Source of the DNA: Leucoraja erinacea
Taxonomy: Eukaryota
DNA: 64,000 nt
Assembly (NCBI RefSeq): GCF_028641065.1
Contig: NC_073405.1
Location: 16,368,001 to 16,432,000, forward strand
Direction of reading: 5' to 3'
This document shows positions 11,346 through 24,413 of this stretch, piece after piece. The notes below the pieces were generated by a model that was not told where the DNA came from, made no database searches, and was given only the letters and a program-made list of their open reading frames with translations. The position numbers and the translations under genes were made by a program. Position 1 is the stretch's first letter; every line of letters starts with the position of its first letter.

Positions 11346-11661
11346 AGGGCCTGTCCCATTGTACGAGGTAATTCAAGAGTTCTCCCCTGATTCGAGCTTG
11401 TGTAATGTACGTAGCGGGTACGTAGGGGCTCGTACAAGTAAAAAGCAACAATTTTTTTCATCACGAGTATTTTTTTACTCGTGGACATTTTTCGCAGTGT
11501 TGATAAAACGTCACGAGTTTACCGGATTTCCCGAGTACCTACCGTTACTTGTACGAGCCGCTACGTGACATCCACGAGCTCCTGCGTACCCGCTACGTAC
11601 ATTGCACGAGCTCGAATCAGGGGAGAACTCTTGAATTACCTCGTACAGTGGGACAGTCCCT
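11346..11661. mobile_element. Non-autonomous DNA transposon (MITE), PIF/Harbinger-like
   Basis: About 90-bp terminal inverted repeats AGGGCCTGTCCCA...TGGGACAGTCCCT, with TAA TSD at 11343-11345 and 11662-11664. A solitary related end is near 45503-45518. Confidence 0.8.
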
Positions 11662-12399
11662 TAACTGCCAAGAAATTGTTAGTAATCTGGGAGGCTGTTT
11701 CTTCCTAAAAAAGATTTGTTGAATTGATTGTCTACCATTTTAGGTGCAGATAATTTACTACATTTACGTAGCCACATTGCACTGCCACAAGAGCTCACAA
11801 TATTATTATTTATTGTCATGAGTGCAGAAATACTAGTATACAGCTGAGCACATTGTTAAACATATAGAAATACACTGAACATACCATATCCATTTGTACT
11901 GACTGGCTTAAGTAGTCTGAAGAATAAGCGCAGAGAAAACAATGTGCACCACTTGCTATAATCTGGAACAAGAAAAAATCCTTTCCAACTCACATCACTG
12001 CATCGTATCCCTGCACTAACTTCAATTCAACAAAACTCTCCAACATTTTCAGGGGAAGTAACACCTTCAATATTGCAGCTGCAAAGCTCAATTGTATTGA
12101 AATGTTTTAAACCATAAACTAGTCGGATCGCATTGTTTTACTTGTTCTTTAGAGTATACTTCATCTCCTCAATGCTTCAACTTCTTTTCAATGCTTAACT
12201 AATTGGAAAATTCAATTGCAAAAGCAAATACTTACTCTTTCAGGGAAAGGATTGGAAAAAGGAAAGTTTGCTGCAATTCTGCCCTTTATCCACTGTAAAA
12301 GGTTGAGTTCAAAATGCAGAATCAACCTAATTTTACTTGACAATTATTGACAAATTCCTAAGTAATTACAATGATTTTGTTTCCTTATTTAGTTTGTGA

Positions 12400-12930
12400 T
12401 TAACCGGAACTCGAAAGAGGGAGCACATTACGCCAATTTTGGCCTCCCTTCACTGGCTCCCAGTGCACTTTCGAGTTCATTTTAAAATTCTTTTATTTGT
12501 TTTTAAATCATTGAATGGCCTCGCCCCGCCTTACCTCTCTGAGCTGCTCCACCTATATGCTCCTACCCGGTGCCTCAGGTCAGCGGATCAGCTGCTCCTT
12601 GAGGTACCAAGGTCTAAGCGGAAGCTCAGAGGGGATAGAGCCTTTTCTGTTGCTGCCCCGGCACTCTGGAACACCTTGCCGCTGCAGATCAGACAGGCCC
12701 CTTCACTGTCCATCTTTAAATCCTCCCTAAAAACTCACTTTTATTCACTGGCTTTCGACACTGGCTGAGACATTGTTCCTGTTTTAGTGCTTTTAATGTC
12801 TTTTAATTTTTACTGTTTTTATAGTCCTGTCGTCTTAATGGTTTTAGTAGTTTGTAATAACTTTTTGTTGACTTCCCATGTACAGCACTTTGTGGTAACT
12901 GATGTTGTCTAAAAGCGCTTTATAAATAAA

Positions 12931-12960
<30 letters not shown>
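12400..12960 (+). mobile_element. L2-clade LINE 3' end, young
   Basis: Uninterrupted ORF REHITPILASLHWLPVHFRVHFKILL...FKSSLKTHFYSLAF, then AATAAA and a (TTA)n tail. ATTAACC at both junctions. Confidence 0.85.
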
Positions 12961-12963
<3 letters not shown>

Positions 12964-13144
12964 CATTGGAGTTTGCCTGGAAATTTACTGTGGCTTAATC
13001 TCTACTTTTACATAAACAGCTGTAAATTACTTCCTTAAGAAATAAACTCCACCTGAATAAATCGGCCCATCAAGTTCACCATTCAATCATGGCTGATCTA
13101 TCTTTCCCTCCCAACCCCATTCTCCTGCTTTCCCCCTATAACCC

Positions 13145-13466
13145 GTGGCACAGTGGCGCAGCGGTAGAGTTGTGGCCTCACAGCATTTACAGTTCCAGAG
13201 ACCCGGGTTCGATCCCGTCTATGGGTGCTTGTCTGTACGGAGTATGTACGTTCTCCACGTGACTGCATGGGTTTTCTCCGAGATCTTCGGTTTCCTCACA
13301 CACTCCAAAGATGTACAGGTTTGTAGGGTTAATAGGCTTGGTGTCAATGTAAATTATCCGTAGTCTGTGTTGGGATCATGTCAATGTGTGGGGATTGCTG
13401 GTCAGCGTGGACTCGGTGGGCCGAAAGACCTGTTTCCGCGCTGTATCTCTAAATAAACTAAACTAA
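13145..13466 (+). mobile_element. tRNA-derived V-SINE (HE1-like) inserted in a CR1 fragment
   Basis: A-box GTGGCGCAGCGG, B-box GGTTCGATCCC, V-domain, CR1-type tail, TSD ATAACCC (13138-13144 and 13467-13473). Confidence 0.85.
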
Positions 13467-13559
13467 ATAACCCTTGACACCCTTACTAATCAAGAATCTG
13501 TCAATCTCCACCTTGGAAAATATCCATTGACTTAGTCTCCACAAACGCCTGGGCTGAAT

Positions 13560-16030
13560 TTAAATCTTCTGGGCCAGTCTATCATAATGGGCTTTGTCAA
13601 ATATTTTACTAAAGTCCATGTAGGCAACATCCACCCCTCCTACCCTCATCAATCATCATTGTCACTTTCTCAAAAATCTCAATCAGATTTGTGGGAGTGG
13701 ACCTCGTCGGCACAAAGTCATGCTGACTATCCCTAATAAATCCATGCCTTTCATGTGCGAATCAAGCCAGTTCGTAAGAATCTTCTCCAATAATTTCCCC
13801 GCTATTAATGCAATATTTTCCTCCCATCTCACCATCACCCACCTCCTCTTCTTTGGTGAATATCTATGCGTAGAACATTTTGTGTCTCACCTACTTTCTC
13901 TGGCTCCCGGCATAAATTCTCTCTTTCGTCCTTTTTATCCCTCCTAATCTCTCATTTGACTTTTAAATTTCGTTGTACCATGTGCAATGACAATAAAGAG
14001 ATTCATTCATCCATTCATTAATTCATTCATTCATTTAAATCCTTTCCTAATTCCTTTGATATCACACAAGAGCCCTGGGTGATTTCACCTCCCTAATCCT
14101 TGCATATGCTTTCTTTTTCTTTTTGACTAATGATATCTTTGTCAGCAAAGGTTTCCAAACTTTGCCATCCTTGCCTTCCATCCTCACCGGAACATGCTTG
14201 CCTTGAACTCTAACCAAACTCCCACACGTCAATTGTAGATTTACCTCTAACAGTCACTCCCAAATTACTTTCTCCAGTTCCAGCCTAACACTGTAATTGG
14301 CTATACTCAATTTAACAATTTCACCTAAGGTCCAGTCTTATCCTTATCCATAACTATCTTAAAATGTATGGAATTATGGTCACTGTTCCCAAAATGCTCA
14401 CTTCTGAAACTGATCACTGGCCTAGCTCATTCTCCAATGTAAGCTCAAATTTAGCCCCATCCCTAGTTAGATTGTCTATATGTTGTTTCAAGAAATCCTC
14501 TTATCTACACCTAACAAATTCTAGCCCATCTAATCCCCTGCACTAAAATCAGTAGTCAGGTTGGCTTTACGTCTTTCCATGAAATGTCTGCATATCTGAT
14601 CTTCTAGCTCCTGCTGGCTATCGGGTTGGTCAATAGTATAATCTACTATTGCATCTACTGTATGCCCATATGGCCTTACTGGACGAGGCCTCAAAGATGT
14701 TCTCTCTTAGTGTAGCCACAACATGATCTTGGAACTAATGCTCCTAATCTGAGGAAAGACATTCTTGCCATAGAGGCAGTACAGAGAAGGTTCACCAGAC
14801 TGATTCCTGGGATGTCAGGACTTTCATATGAAGAAAGACTGGATAGACTTGGTTTGTACTCTCTAGAATTTAGAAGATTGAGGGGGGATCTTATAGAAAC
14901 TTACAAAATTCTTAAGAGGTTGGACAGGCTAGATGCAGGAAGATTGTTCCCAATGTTGGGGAAGTCCAGAACAAGGGGTCACAGTTTAAGGATAAGGGGG
15001 GAATCATTTAGGACCGAGATGGGGAAAACATTTTACACACAGAGAGTGGTGAATCTCTGGAATTCTCTGCCACAGAAGGCAGTTGAGGCCAGTTCATTGG
15101 CTATATTTAAGAGGGAGTTAGATGTGGCCCTTGTGGCTAAAGGGATCAGGGGGTATGGAGAGAAGACAGGTACAGGATACTGAATTGGATGATCAGCCAT
15201 GATCATATTGAATGGCAGTGCAGGCTCGAAGGGCCGAATGGCCTACTCCTGCACCTATTTTCTATGTTTCTATGTTTCTAACTCCTACAATTCTACAGCC
15301 CTCTCTATCATTTCTGAAACAAATGTGCTCTAGAATGTTGACTGCCAGTCCTGTCCTTCTTTCAACCAAATTTCTGTCATGGTGACAATATCTAAGTTCC
15401 ATGTACTAATCCATGCTCTAAGCTCCTCTGTTTTACATGTTAGACTCCTTATTTTAAAATAAAAACATAAAATAAATTCAGACTATCAGTCCTACTGTAT
15501 TCATTATGTTGGTCCTGCCTGTTCTTTCTATTTGATTTAATTGATTTAACCTCTAACTTCCCCTCAATCTGTCCGTCTGCTGACTGACTGTTCAGGTGCA
15601 ATCCCCCCCTCTCCTATACTTATTTAAACCCTCCTGAGTAGCACTAGCAAACTTCCCTGCAAGGATATTGGTACACCTCCAGTTAAGGTGCAACCCATCC
15701 ATGTGCAGGTCTCACCTGCCCTGGAACTTAGAGATCACAATATCTGAAGCCGTTTCTTCCACACCAGAAGGTTAGCTAAACACTGTACATCTGAACAATG
15801 TTCATACTTCTTGCCCCTAGCAGGGTGTAATCCTGAGATTACAAACAGTCTTGTTTGTAACTTTCTATCCAACTCCCTAAATTTCTTTTGCAGGACCTCA
15901 TCTCTCTTCCTGCTAATATTATTAGTGCCAATATGGATGCTGATCTCTGCTTGCTCACCTACCTACACCTCTTATAATATCCAGTGCCTGCTTTGAGGCA
16001 TCCTTAACCATGGCATCAGGGATGCAACAC
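13560..16030 (-). mobile_element. Old, degraded CR1 LINE fragments interrupted by a younger CR1
   Basis: Minus-strand RT/endonuclease-like remnants (e.g. 'aaagtccatgtaggcaacatccac', 'ggtcactgttcccaaaatgctc'). Confidence 0.55.
14740..15280 (+). mobile_element. Young CR1 LINE 3' end
   Basis: ORF 14812..15183 is nearly identical to the 3' part of the 32746 copy; (TTTCTATG)n tail. Confidence 0.9.
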
Positions 16031-16124
16031 ACCACCCTGGATTCTGGCTCATAACCACAGAAACACCACTGTGCCTCTGATTACAGAGTCACTATCACTA
16101 TCGATCATCTAGACCTTGACTTTC

Positions 16125-16503
16125 TCAGTCGCTGCCTCAAAAAGGCTGGCATCAAAGACCGACACCATCCTGGCCACACACTCATCTCCCTGCTACCTTC
16201 AGGTAGAAGGTACGGGAGCCTGAAGACTGCAACAACCAGGTTCAGGAATAGCTACTTCCCCACAGCCATCAAGCTATTAAACCTGGCTCGGACAAAACTC
16301 TGATTATTAATAACCACTTTCTGTTATTTGCACTTTACCAGTTTATTTATTCATGTGTGTATATATTTATATCATGGTATATGGACACATTTATCTGTTT
16401 TGTAGTAAATGCCTACTATTTTCTGTGTGCTTAAGCAAAGCAAGAATTTCATTGTCCTATACAGGGACACATGACAATAAACTCACTTGAACTTGAACTT
16501 GAA
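16125..16503 (+). mobile_element. Rex1/Babar-like LINE 3' end
   Basis: HHPGHTLISLLPSGRRYGSLKTATTRFRNSYFPTAIKLLN, with a (CTTGAA)n tail. Confidence 0.8.
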
Positions 16504-18859
16504 CCAGTTGCAGTGCCACTGATGTGGCTGCTGCCATTGCTTTCCTCTGAGAGGCCACCCCCCAACAGTACCCTAAATGGTACACTTTATAGAGAGTGGA
16601 TTGAGACAGAACACTCCTGCACTACCTGCTTGCCCCTCCTGATAGTCACTCATCTATCCTATCAGGCACAGATATCGTGAAAGGTTGATGGATGCAAAAT
16701 CACACAGTTTCCAAAACTACATATGCCAATCCCACGATTCTCAATATTCTTCATGGTCAGCCATATTTTGCATTTGTCATTCGCTTTCAATCTAGATTTC
16801 AACTTGAAGATCTGATTCCTGTTGGCAGTTTATTTGGCGCACAATGGCTTATGCCTTCTTCGTTCTTTTATTGAGTTGCTTGTCTACATTCCAAGGTGCC
16901 GTACAAGTCTGATCATCCTTTCAACACCAACTTCTATGCCTGAGCCCTCTGTAACATGAGATCTGTGCTGGCTGTGTTATTTCACCACATGTGACATCTT
17001 GCTCTGCCCAGAGCTGTGAAGGTTGTTGGTGAGATCACACTTGCGAGCCCAAATTTCACCAGATCACAGCACAGTGGCACAGTGGGCCAGTTGCTGCCTT
17101 ACAATGCCAGAATCCAGGGTTCGATCCTGACTATGGGTGTTGTCTAGATTTTAGATCTAGATTTTTCACGAGTGATTTTAAGTCTGTACAATGGTAGGGG
17201 AAAGGGGGCAAGAAATGGGAGGCGGAGAACAGAAGTGGTCAAATGACAAAGGTGACCATGGTGCAAAACAATGTGTGGTGATAATGGGGCAAGCAGATAA
17301 ACAAAAAGGTGAACAGAGAACAAGTGGAAAATCATTTTATTGCTTTGCAATTGAAAGGCCTTTGATGTGAATCCCACCAGAAACAGAGGCACAACCATTC
17401 AGAACTGTAATTGTTTATTCAGAGAAAATGGGTGCAGTTAGTCAAAGGGATGTTGATAACATCTTCAAATGAAAGCAACAACAAATTGCCTTGTTGATAC
17501 AGACATTTCCTGTTTTCCATGAGGTATCTGGGGAACAGAATTTTCATGCTCCTTAACAGTTTCAGGATCAATGACAGTATTTACAACATGACAAAGGAGC
17601 ATCTTTGGTTTTTAACGTTGTGAATTGTGTAGTGGACTAATCTGAAATTTTAGTACAGGTCACTCTCATCGAAGTCCTTGCATATCATTTATGTACTGTG
17701 GAAAAATGTGCAATGATTCATGAATGTATTTATTAGGTGTATTTCAAATTTGAGCAGCATTAGGAAGTCATTATATAACTTCATTCTCTACTTCCCAACA
17801 GAGCTGCTGACATAGTGAAGAATTAGTTTGTACTATAATTTTAACCTGTATTTAGCAAAAGATGCCGCCTTGTCTAAAGATTTGAATCTTGGACCGAGAA
17901 CTATTGCACTCAGGCTCCATAGAAGTCGCTAACTATAGCGTATTAAAGTGGCAACAGAGCATTTTGATGGCTAGCATTTGCCCTAACACCCTCTTCTAAG
18001 GGTAGCATCCCTCACATGGAGATGCGTGGATGCTAAGCTGGAAAAGGGGACAGGTTCCTATCCTTTAAAGATATTAGTGAACCATTTGGGTTCTTGTGAC
18101 AATCTAATCCTTATCTGGTGTTTATTATGCAGTTAGATTCTAAATGACCCAAAAACATTACATTCAATTTACATTACATTCAGGTTGCCAATGTGGGATT
18201 TGAACGAAGGGATTTGTTTTCCCACGATATAGGTCATAAAAATAATCGAATTGGAGGATGTGGATGATCAATCGATCCTGACACTAGATAAGGCCAGGAA
18301 TTATCTGAACTTCATTAAATATCATTGACTGGCAGCAAATTTGTTGTTTTGCGGGAGTGGTGGGAAGTCCCAGGTTGGGGTGAGAGACCTTGGGTTATGG
18401 AGATCAAAATGAAGGTGATGGATCATAGTTGGGACAAGAGATCATAGGAAAGGGAGCAGGTCACAGGATGGTTGGAGATGCAAAACTAGGGAGGACATTG
18501 AAATAGTTCACATGAGTGCATATATACTGGATCAAAACATAAGAAATAAGATCAGGAGTGGCCCTTAAGGCCTTTGTACCTGCACTGCCGATTTGATCTA
18601 TGGCCTCAGCTCTACTTTTCTCGTAACTTTATACCGCTGTAGTCAATAAAACATTGATTGTATATCGTACAATCCGTGATCTCAGTCTCCAAGGCCAACA
18701 TAGAAGATCCTTCTTGAGGGTGAACACTTGGAAAATGTCCAGCCCTGATAGTGCACCTAACCACATTCTTAAAACCTGGATGTATATTTTCAACCTTTCA
18801 CTACTACTAAAGGACATCCATAACACAATCCATTCCAACATAGCCGAAGAAGAGCAATG

Positions 18860-19525
18860 TGACAATTACCAACTACTGATATTCACATCCATTGTGTAAC
18901 AATGCTTCAAGAGGTTGGTTACAATGTAAATCAATTCCCAGCTGATGACGTGGAACTACATCAATATACTGTACCTACTGCCACTACAGCTCAATATTGG
19001 GTGCGATCTCGCCGGCTCTCCATTCTGCGCTGGATTACTTAGACAGTTGGAACATATATAATAGGCTGTTGTCACAAGTACCGAGTTTCCCACCATCGAA
19101 GGGATCTACAGGAAGCGCGACATCAAGAAGGCAGTTATTATCATCAAAGACACACACCACCTTGGCCACGCTCTCTTATCACTTGTACGGGAGCCTGAGA
19201 ATCATTACCTCCAAATTCAAGAGCAGCTTAATCTCATCAGCCATCAAGTTCTTGAACTATCCTGCTCAACCAAAACCATAGCCCTACCTTAGCAACCAAC
19301 CACCAAAGACATTGCGCTATTATGATTGCTACATTTTCTTTGGTTTTTGTACTAATATGGTCTAGTTTACGTAGAATAACTGATCATTTATTGCATATTT
19401 ATTTATTTATTTTTTGCTGTTGTATTTAATGTACCTGTAAAGCTGCAGCAAATAAAGAATGTAATTGTTCTGGTTCATAGCTGCTGCTTATAACAAATAA
19501 GCACTTTTGTCTCTTTACTCTTGAC
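18860..19525 (+). mobile_element. Degraded Rex1/Babar-like LINE
   Basis: Remnants of KCFKRLV, ALHSALDYLD and the 3' C-terminal motif. Confidence 0.6.
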
Positions 19526-20734
19526 ACATCCAAGCAACATTTGCGCTCCTGGCATTATGCATGAGCACAACTGGAAGATAAAATGGCATGTTCATGGCTA
19601 TTATATGTTTGGCTTGGAAAGTGTTTTCTAAACATATTTACTTTTATACACAAGACTCGTAACATCCCTCAGAACGCTGTTCATAAAGTCAATCACTCGA
19701 AAAGCCATCATTAAAGTTGTAGAAAAGACAACAACCATGTGACGCATCACAAAATTTCACAAGGAGCAATAAACTGAGTTTGCAGTTGCTATTTTGATGT
19801 TTTACATATTTCACCTGAAAGCTAAAGCAGGCAGGGCCTAAAAGGTGTCAGATGTGAGTTAGCAATGCACTTGGGTCAGGATGAGAGAGCAAGGGATGAG
19901 CCTGGATACTGAGAACAACAATCTGTGATAACCTGAGGGTCTGGAAGACACAAAGATAATCATCATCAAGGATTTTCCAGTTCCTGGAGCTCACAGGAGC
20001 CTCACTTTCACAATGTTTATGTATGGAATAGGAGGCGAGGCAGGAGTAATAGAAGGAGCAGGAATTGAGACCTGGCCTTCTGTTTGATGGCATTCAAAAG
20101 GTGCTTCCACTTGTAAGGATTACCAGTCCTGAGGACGATAAATAAAAGAACCAGCAATAATTCTGTAAGACATTCAGCAGAAACTTCTTCACCCAGAAAA
20201 CGAATGATCCATGGAACTCACTACTCTTGGGGGCTAATGCAAATGGCATTTTAATGGAAGATACAAGAATGGAATAAAAAATAGATGGGTCAGGAGGAAG
20301 TGGAGGAGAATTGTGCAGAGTGTAGACAATGTTTGTAGCAGTTGGAGCAAATCTGTTAATTTGGATCTGGAATGAACTATGCAATTCAACGCTTGCCTTT
20401 TCCACCTTCATTTAATTCAGTTTAGTCTGGAGATACAGCACGGAAGCAGGCCCTTCGGCCCACAGAGTCCTTACCGACCAGCGATCCCCGCACATTAACA
20501 CTGTACTACACACACTGGGGACAATTCTTTTTTTTAAATGAAACCCAGTTTCATTCTCCCATTGAAATTCTCCAATGTCTATTGTGTGTCTTGACTAAAT
20601 ATACCTTAACCGGCCTAATATTATTGTCCAATGGACACCAGCTTGCTACCTCAAGGATATTTTCGCCTTTAGTGTTTGGATGTGGAAGGGAAAAAAAAGA
20701 GTACCATTAATTGATTAGCATGAAGTATTTCCAC

Positions 20735-20740
20735 TTTATT
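20735..20740 (-). other. Candidate polyadenylation signal of the ANKRD24-like gene
   Basis: AATAAA on the minus strand about 290 nt after the stop codon. Confidence 0.3.
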
Positions 20741-21025
20741 GTTTTGGGCTCCATATTATTATACTCTCAGTATGGGCCTACATCACCCATATTATTATAC
20801 ATCAGCATGGGCCAACTCACCCAACACACTGGTTTCAATTTCCCATGTTGGCCATTCAAGAAGATAGGCTCCATGCCACAGATCCTCTTTCCCTATTTCC
20901 CTTTAAATTGCTGTGTCCTTAACTTGAAAAATTAGAAGATAAAATGTACTAAATAGTTTTAACTGTGTCATTGTGAGCAATAAACAGCTCATTATCAATA
21001 AAATACTGAGACGTCTTAAAAAGCA

Positions 21026-21103
21026 TCACAGGACTTGCTCATGATATTTGTGCATTTTTAAAATCTGAAGTAATACGTTTTGAACATCTTCATCCATTCG
21101 GCC
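21026..21103 (-). CDS. ANKRD24: ANKRD24-like last coding exon
   Basis: 78 nt. GRMDEDVQNVLLQILKMHKYHEQVL* (family motif GxMDEDVQ). The 20 exons total 3192 nt (1063 aa). Confidence 0.9.
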   Translation of the reverse strand, partial: GRMDEDVQNVLLQILKMHKYHEQVL

Positions 21104-22040
21104 CTGGAAAAAAAGGAAGCACAACAAATCAGCTCACTAAATCTCAACTTGCAGGTAGAAGTTCAAAGTAAAATCTCTCACACACAACCACAAACAAAGT
21201 TTTGGCAACAAACAGATGCTGGCTTACAAATAAGACATAAAGTTGCGGAGCAACTCAGTAAGTCAGGTGGCTTCACGGGAGAACATGGATAACTAACATT
21301 TCAGGTCAGGAGACTTTGTCAGACAAAAAAAGATTTGTCAGATATTCCCCGCAATTTTGAACATTATCAAGGGCTAGCAACTCATCGTGGCTCCGGAGTG
21401 TTTTTTCTTTCATCCAAGCTAGCTATGCATATCATTTGGACGTATGAAGTTATGAAGCTTTTGGAATTGCCATGTTACAAACAAAGCATTATTTACAGTC
21501 TGCTATCACAGGGGGAAGAAAATCCCTCGGCATAACTCAGTAGGAAAAATGCATTTTTCCCTGTGCCGTGGCCGATAAATATCCTTCAGCAATGGGGAAA
21601 AACTAAATAAAATCATTTTTCTTTGTAATTTGCAACAATTTTCTATGTTAAATTTCTACAATAGGAGTATTTGCAGTTATTTTTCTTTCTGAACCAGCAC
21701 AGTCAGGATATTTATTCAACAATAAGACATCAGTTAGCCCTTGGAACAATTTTTCCAACTTCTTAAACTGCAGTTAGAAGCAATAGAAAATGATATTGGG
21801 AATTCATCATGGTCATCATTATTCACCTTCCAGGGGCCCACCCCATCTGACCAGTCAGAGTCAAAGCCTGTCAGGATGGAATAAACCATAAATCAGTAAT
21901 AATTAGCATTGGAGGCTATCTGCTTCCAGTGGAGACTAAATCCCTGAAAGAGTTATGTTACAAAAGAACCATTCTAACAAATGTAATTCTGATTCTCAAT
22001 CAATGTATCATGTAACTCCAGGTCAAACTGAGCTCCTTAC

Positions 22041-22106
22041 CTGAACAGCATAAAGGAGATGTGATCTGTAAATGGTTACAATAGCTCTATGGTCACCCTC
22101 CACCTG
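22041..22106 (-). CDS. ANKRD24: ANKRD24-like exon 19
   Basis: 66 nt. QVEGDHRAIVTIYRSHLLYAVQ (family motif YRxHLLxAxQ). NAGNAG acceptor. Confidence 0.9.
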
Positions 22107-22705
22107 CTGTCAAGAGAAAGAGTTTTATTGGCCCAGACAATTATATTTTACAACTAATTGGTTGAGAAGATCCGTATGTGACTAAAATTTATTGCTCGTC
22201 CTTAAAAGCTGGCTGGGAGACAAAAGAGTTCCGCACGTCTTGAAAAGGTGATCATTCTACCCCCAGGAGGCAGTGGAAGCAGCTGTTATTGATTAGTTCA
22301 AATACAATTAATTCATATTCATGCCAGAAAATAATCTTTTACAATAGAGTTCAGGGATAATTTGAGATATGAAGAGTGTAAGAAATTTAGGAGTATTAGG
22401 TCGCCTAAAGCCTCCCATTACTGAAATTTTTCCTCAGTTCCATAGAACAATAAGCCAGTTCAGTATTCCGATAAATGCAAGGAATCATGGGGTTTGTCAA
22501 AGGTCATTTGGGGGAAATAAAGCAAGGGGGGTGCCAGGTAGCGGGAGAGCGGGATGTAACAGCGAGAGAGGGGGCAGATGCGAGTGGGAGTCAGGAGGAG
22601 AGGCTGGACCAGCGGAGAGACGGTGAGAGAAGGTGAACGACGTGCATGGAGACAAGAGAGGGTTTTCAGTTAGACAGACAGAGTCAGATCCTCACAGATA
22701 TGAAG

Positions 22706-22938
22706 GCACAAGCGACTGCAGGTCTCGATGGTGGAATCTTGAGCAAAACACAAAGTGCTGGAGAAACTCAACAGGTCAGGCAACATCTGCGGAAGGAACG
22801 GATAATGTTCGGGTATGCGCCTGTCTTCAGATGGGATCTTGCTCAGTCTGAAGAAGGGCCCCAACCCAAAACACCACCTGTGCATTCCCTCCACAGATGC
22901 TGCCTAACCCGCTGAGACCCTCCAGCTCTTAGTGTTTT
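22706..22938. mobile_element. Degenerate inverted pair of Penelope-derived short elements
   Basis: Same arms as 2774-3003; the hammerhead core at 22848-22878 is degenerate. Confidence 0.6.
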
Positions 22939-23051
22939 TCTCACAGATGAGTTTAGTTTAACATTCCCCAGGGAGTGCCGGGGTTTGCATGTTGGTTGCG
23001 GAGGAGGGCAATGTCCCCCAGTCCCTCCCTCCAGTCCGGGGCTGGGCGATG

Positions 23052-23082
<31 letters not shown>

Positions 23083-23097
23083 TGCGGGTGGAGGGAT

Positions 23098-23710
23098 TGT
23101 CCTAGCGCTTCATGCTAGAGTTCTTGCGGAGACGGGTGAAGCCGCGATAGCGAGTTCCTCTCTCCCCATCTCTCGCCCCACCACCTCGCCTTTACAGGCG
23201 GCACTATTTTATGAACATTAATTCGATCTTATTTCTATCTCACTTCACAAACCCACCCTCTGGAATTCCGCAGAGCCTCCCCGGCAGCGTTGGAGGACTC
23301 TCTCTCTCTATCTGTCTCTCTCTCTTACTCTCTCGAGTTTAATCAATATTTGATAGGGTAATCGTAGGGTACCCCGTTTATTACCGTGTAGGAAGGAACT
23401 GCAGATGCTGGTTTACACCAAAGGTGGACACAACGTGCTGGAGTAACTCAGCAGGATCGGCAGCATCTTTGGAAAAAAGGAATCGGTGACGTTTCGGGTC
23501 AAGACCCTTCTCCAGAGATGTTACCTGACCCGCTGAGTTACTGCAGCATTTTGTGTGTATCCCCGTTGATGACTGATCCCTTTCTGTATACTTTGACAGC
23601 CTTCCACTGCAATCTCTGTGTTGTGTGCAAACTTACTAACCAACCCGCCAATGATCCTACTTGGCACCCTGAGGGAGTTCCGCGACCGCTGGGCACCGAG
23701 GGGGGTTGAA
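23098..23710. repeat. Diverged duplicate of 60941-61313 (ANKRD24 upstream exon/promoter segment)
   Basis: Shared unique blocks TGTCCTAGCG, GTGAAGCCGCGATAG.GAGTTCCTCTCTCCCCATC, CCTCGCCTTTAC, GTTGATGACTGAT and GCACCGAGGGGG, plus the same embedded palindromic element. Confidence 0.75.
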
Positions 23711-24248
23711 TGTATCCTGGACAAGGATTGTAACATAGTTGTTTAGCAGTTGCTTAGCATATTTGTTCGTCTTGTATTATGGTTGTATTTTGTTTTATTG
23801 TATTGTAAATACTATTTTAATATTTGAATAAATATTTTTGATTAAAATAAAAATAAAAAATTTAAATGTTCCTACTTGGATGTTGGAGATACATTAGCAA
23901 AGATTGGTTGTTATGAATAACCAGGGGCCTGCCCTTTACCAGTGAAATTAGGAAGCAACTCCTTTCAGAGCAGGTGGGGAAAATTCTGAATTATTTCTCC
24001 GAATAGGCAAAAGTACTTGGTCAAATGTAACTACCAATTCTGAGAATGTTTGACTTTGTTAGTCGAGGGAATCAAGGGACCTGGAACACGAGTGAACAAA
24101 CTTCACATGCAGATTAGCCATCGTGGAATTGAATGGTCACTTCCATTTCTCTTTAATTCTATGCATGACCACCAATGTTAGACCTCCTATGTCCCTGCAC
24201 CATTGTTACTTTCTTCCATCCCCCAGAGTGGCGGAATGAATCACTTAC

Positions 24249-24413
24249 TGCCAGCTGCTGCTGCAGCAGTTTGATCTGCCTCTGCAAGGATTCAGCATGC
24301 TGTTGGTTGTATGTGGAGACTGGTTTGGGAGGTAGCACAGCAGCGCTGGCCCGTTCCGACAGGCTGTTCAAAGCCTCCTTCAATTTGGACACCTCTTTCG
24401 AAAGTTCTATTAT
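24249..24413 (-). CDS. ANKRD24: ANKRD24-like exon 18
   Basis: 165 nt. IIELSKEVSKLKEALNSLSE...QIKLLQQQLA (conserved LSKEV..LKEALN). Confidence 0.9.

Noticed and set aside
11900-12300. EBI3 promoter with NF-kB/IRF-like purine-rich sites
   Set aside because: The motifs do not match consensus well and no first exon could be defined.
13145-13220. tRNA genes at SINE heads (also 17065, 49022, 56672)
   Set aside because: A and B boxes run into the V-domain and LINE tail; no full cloverleaf.
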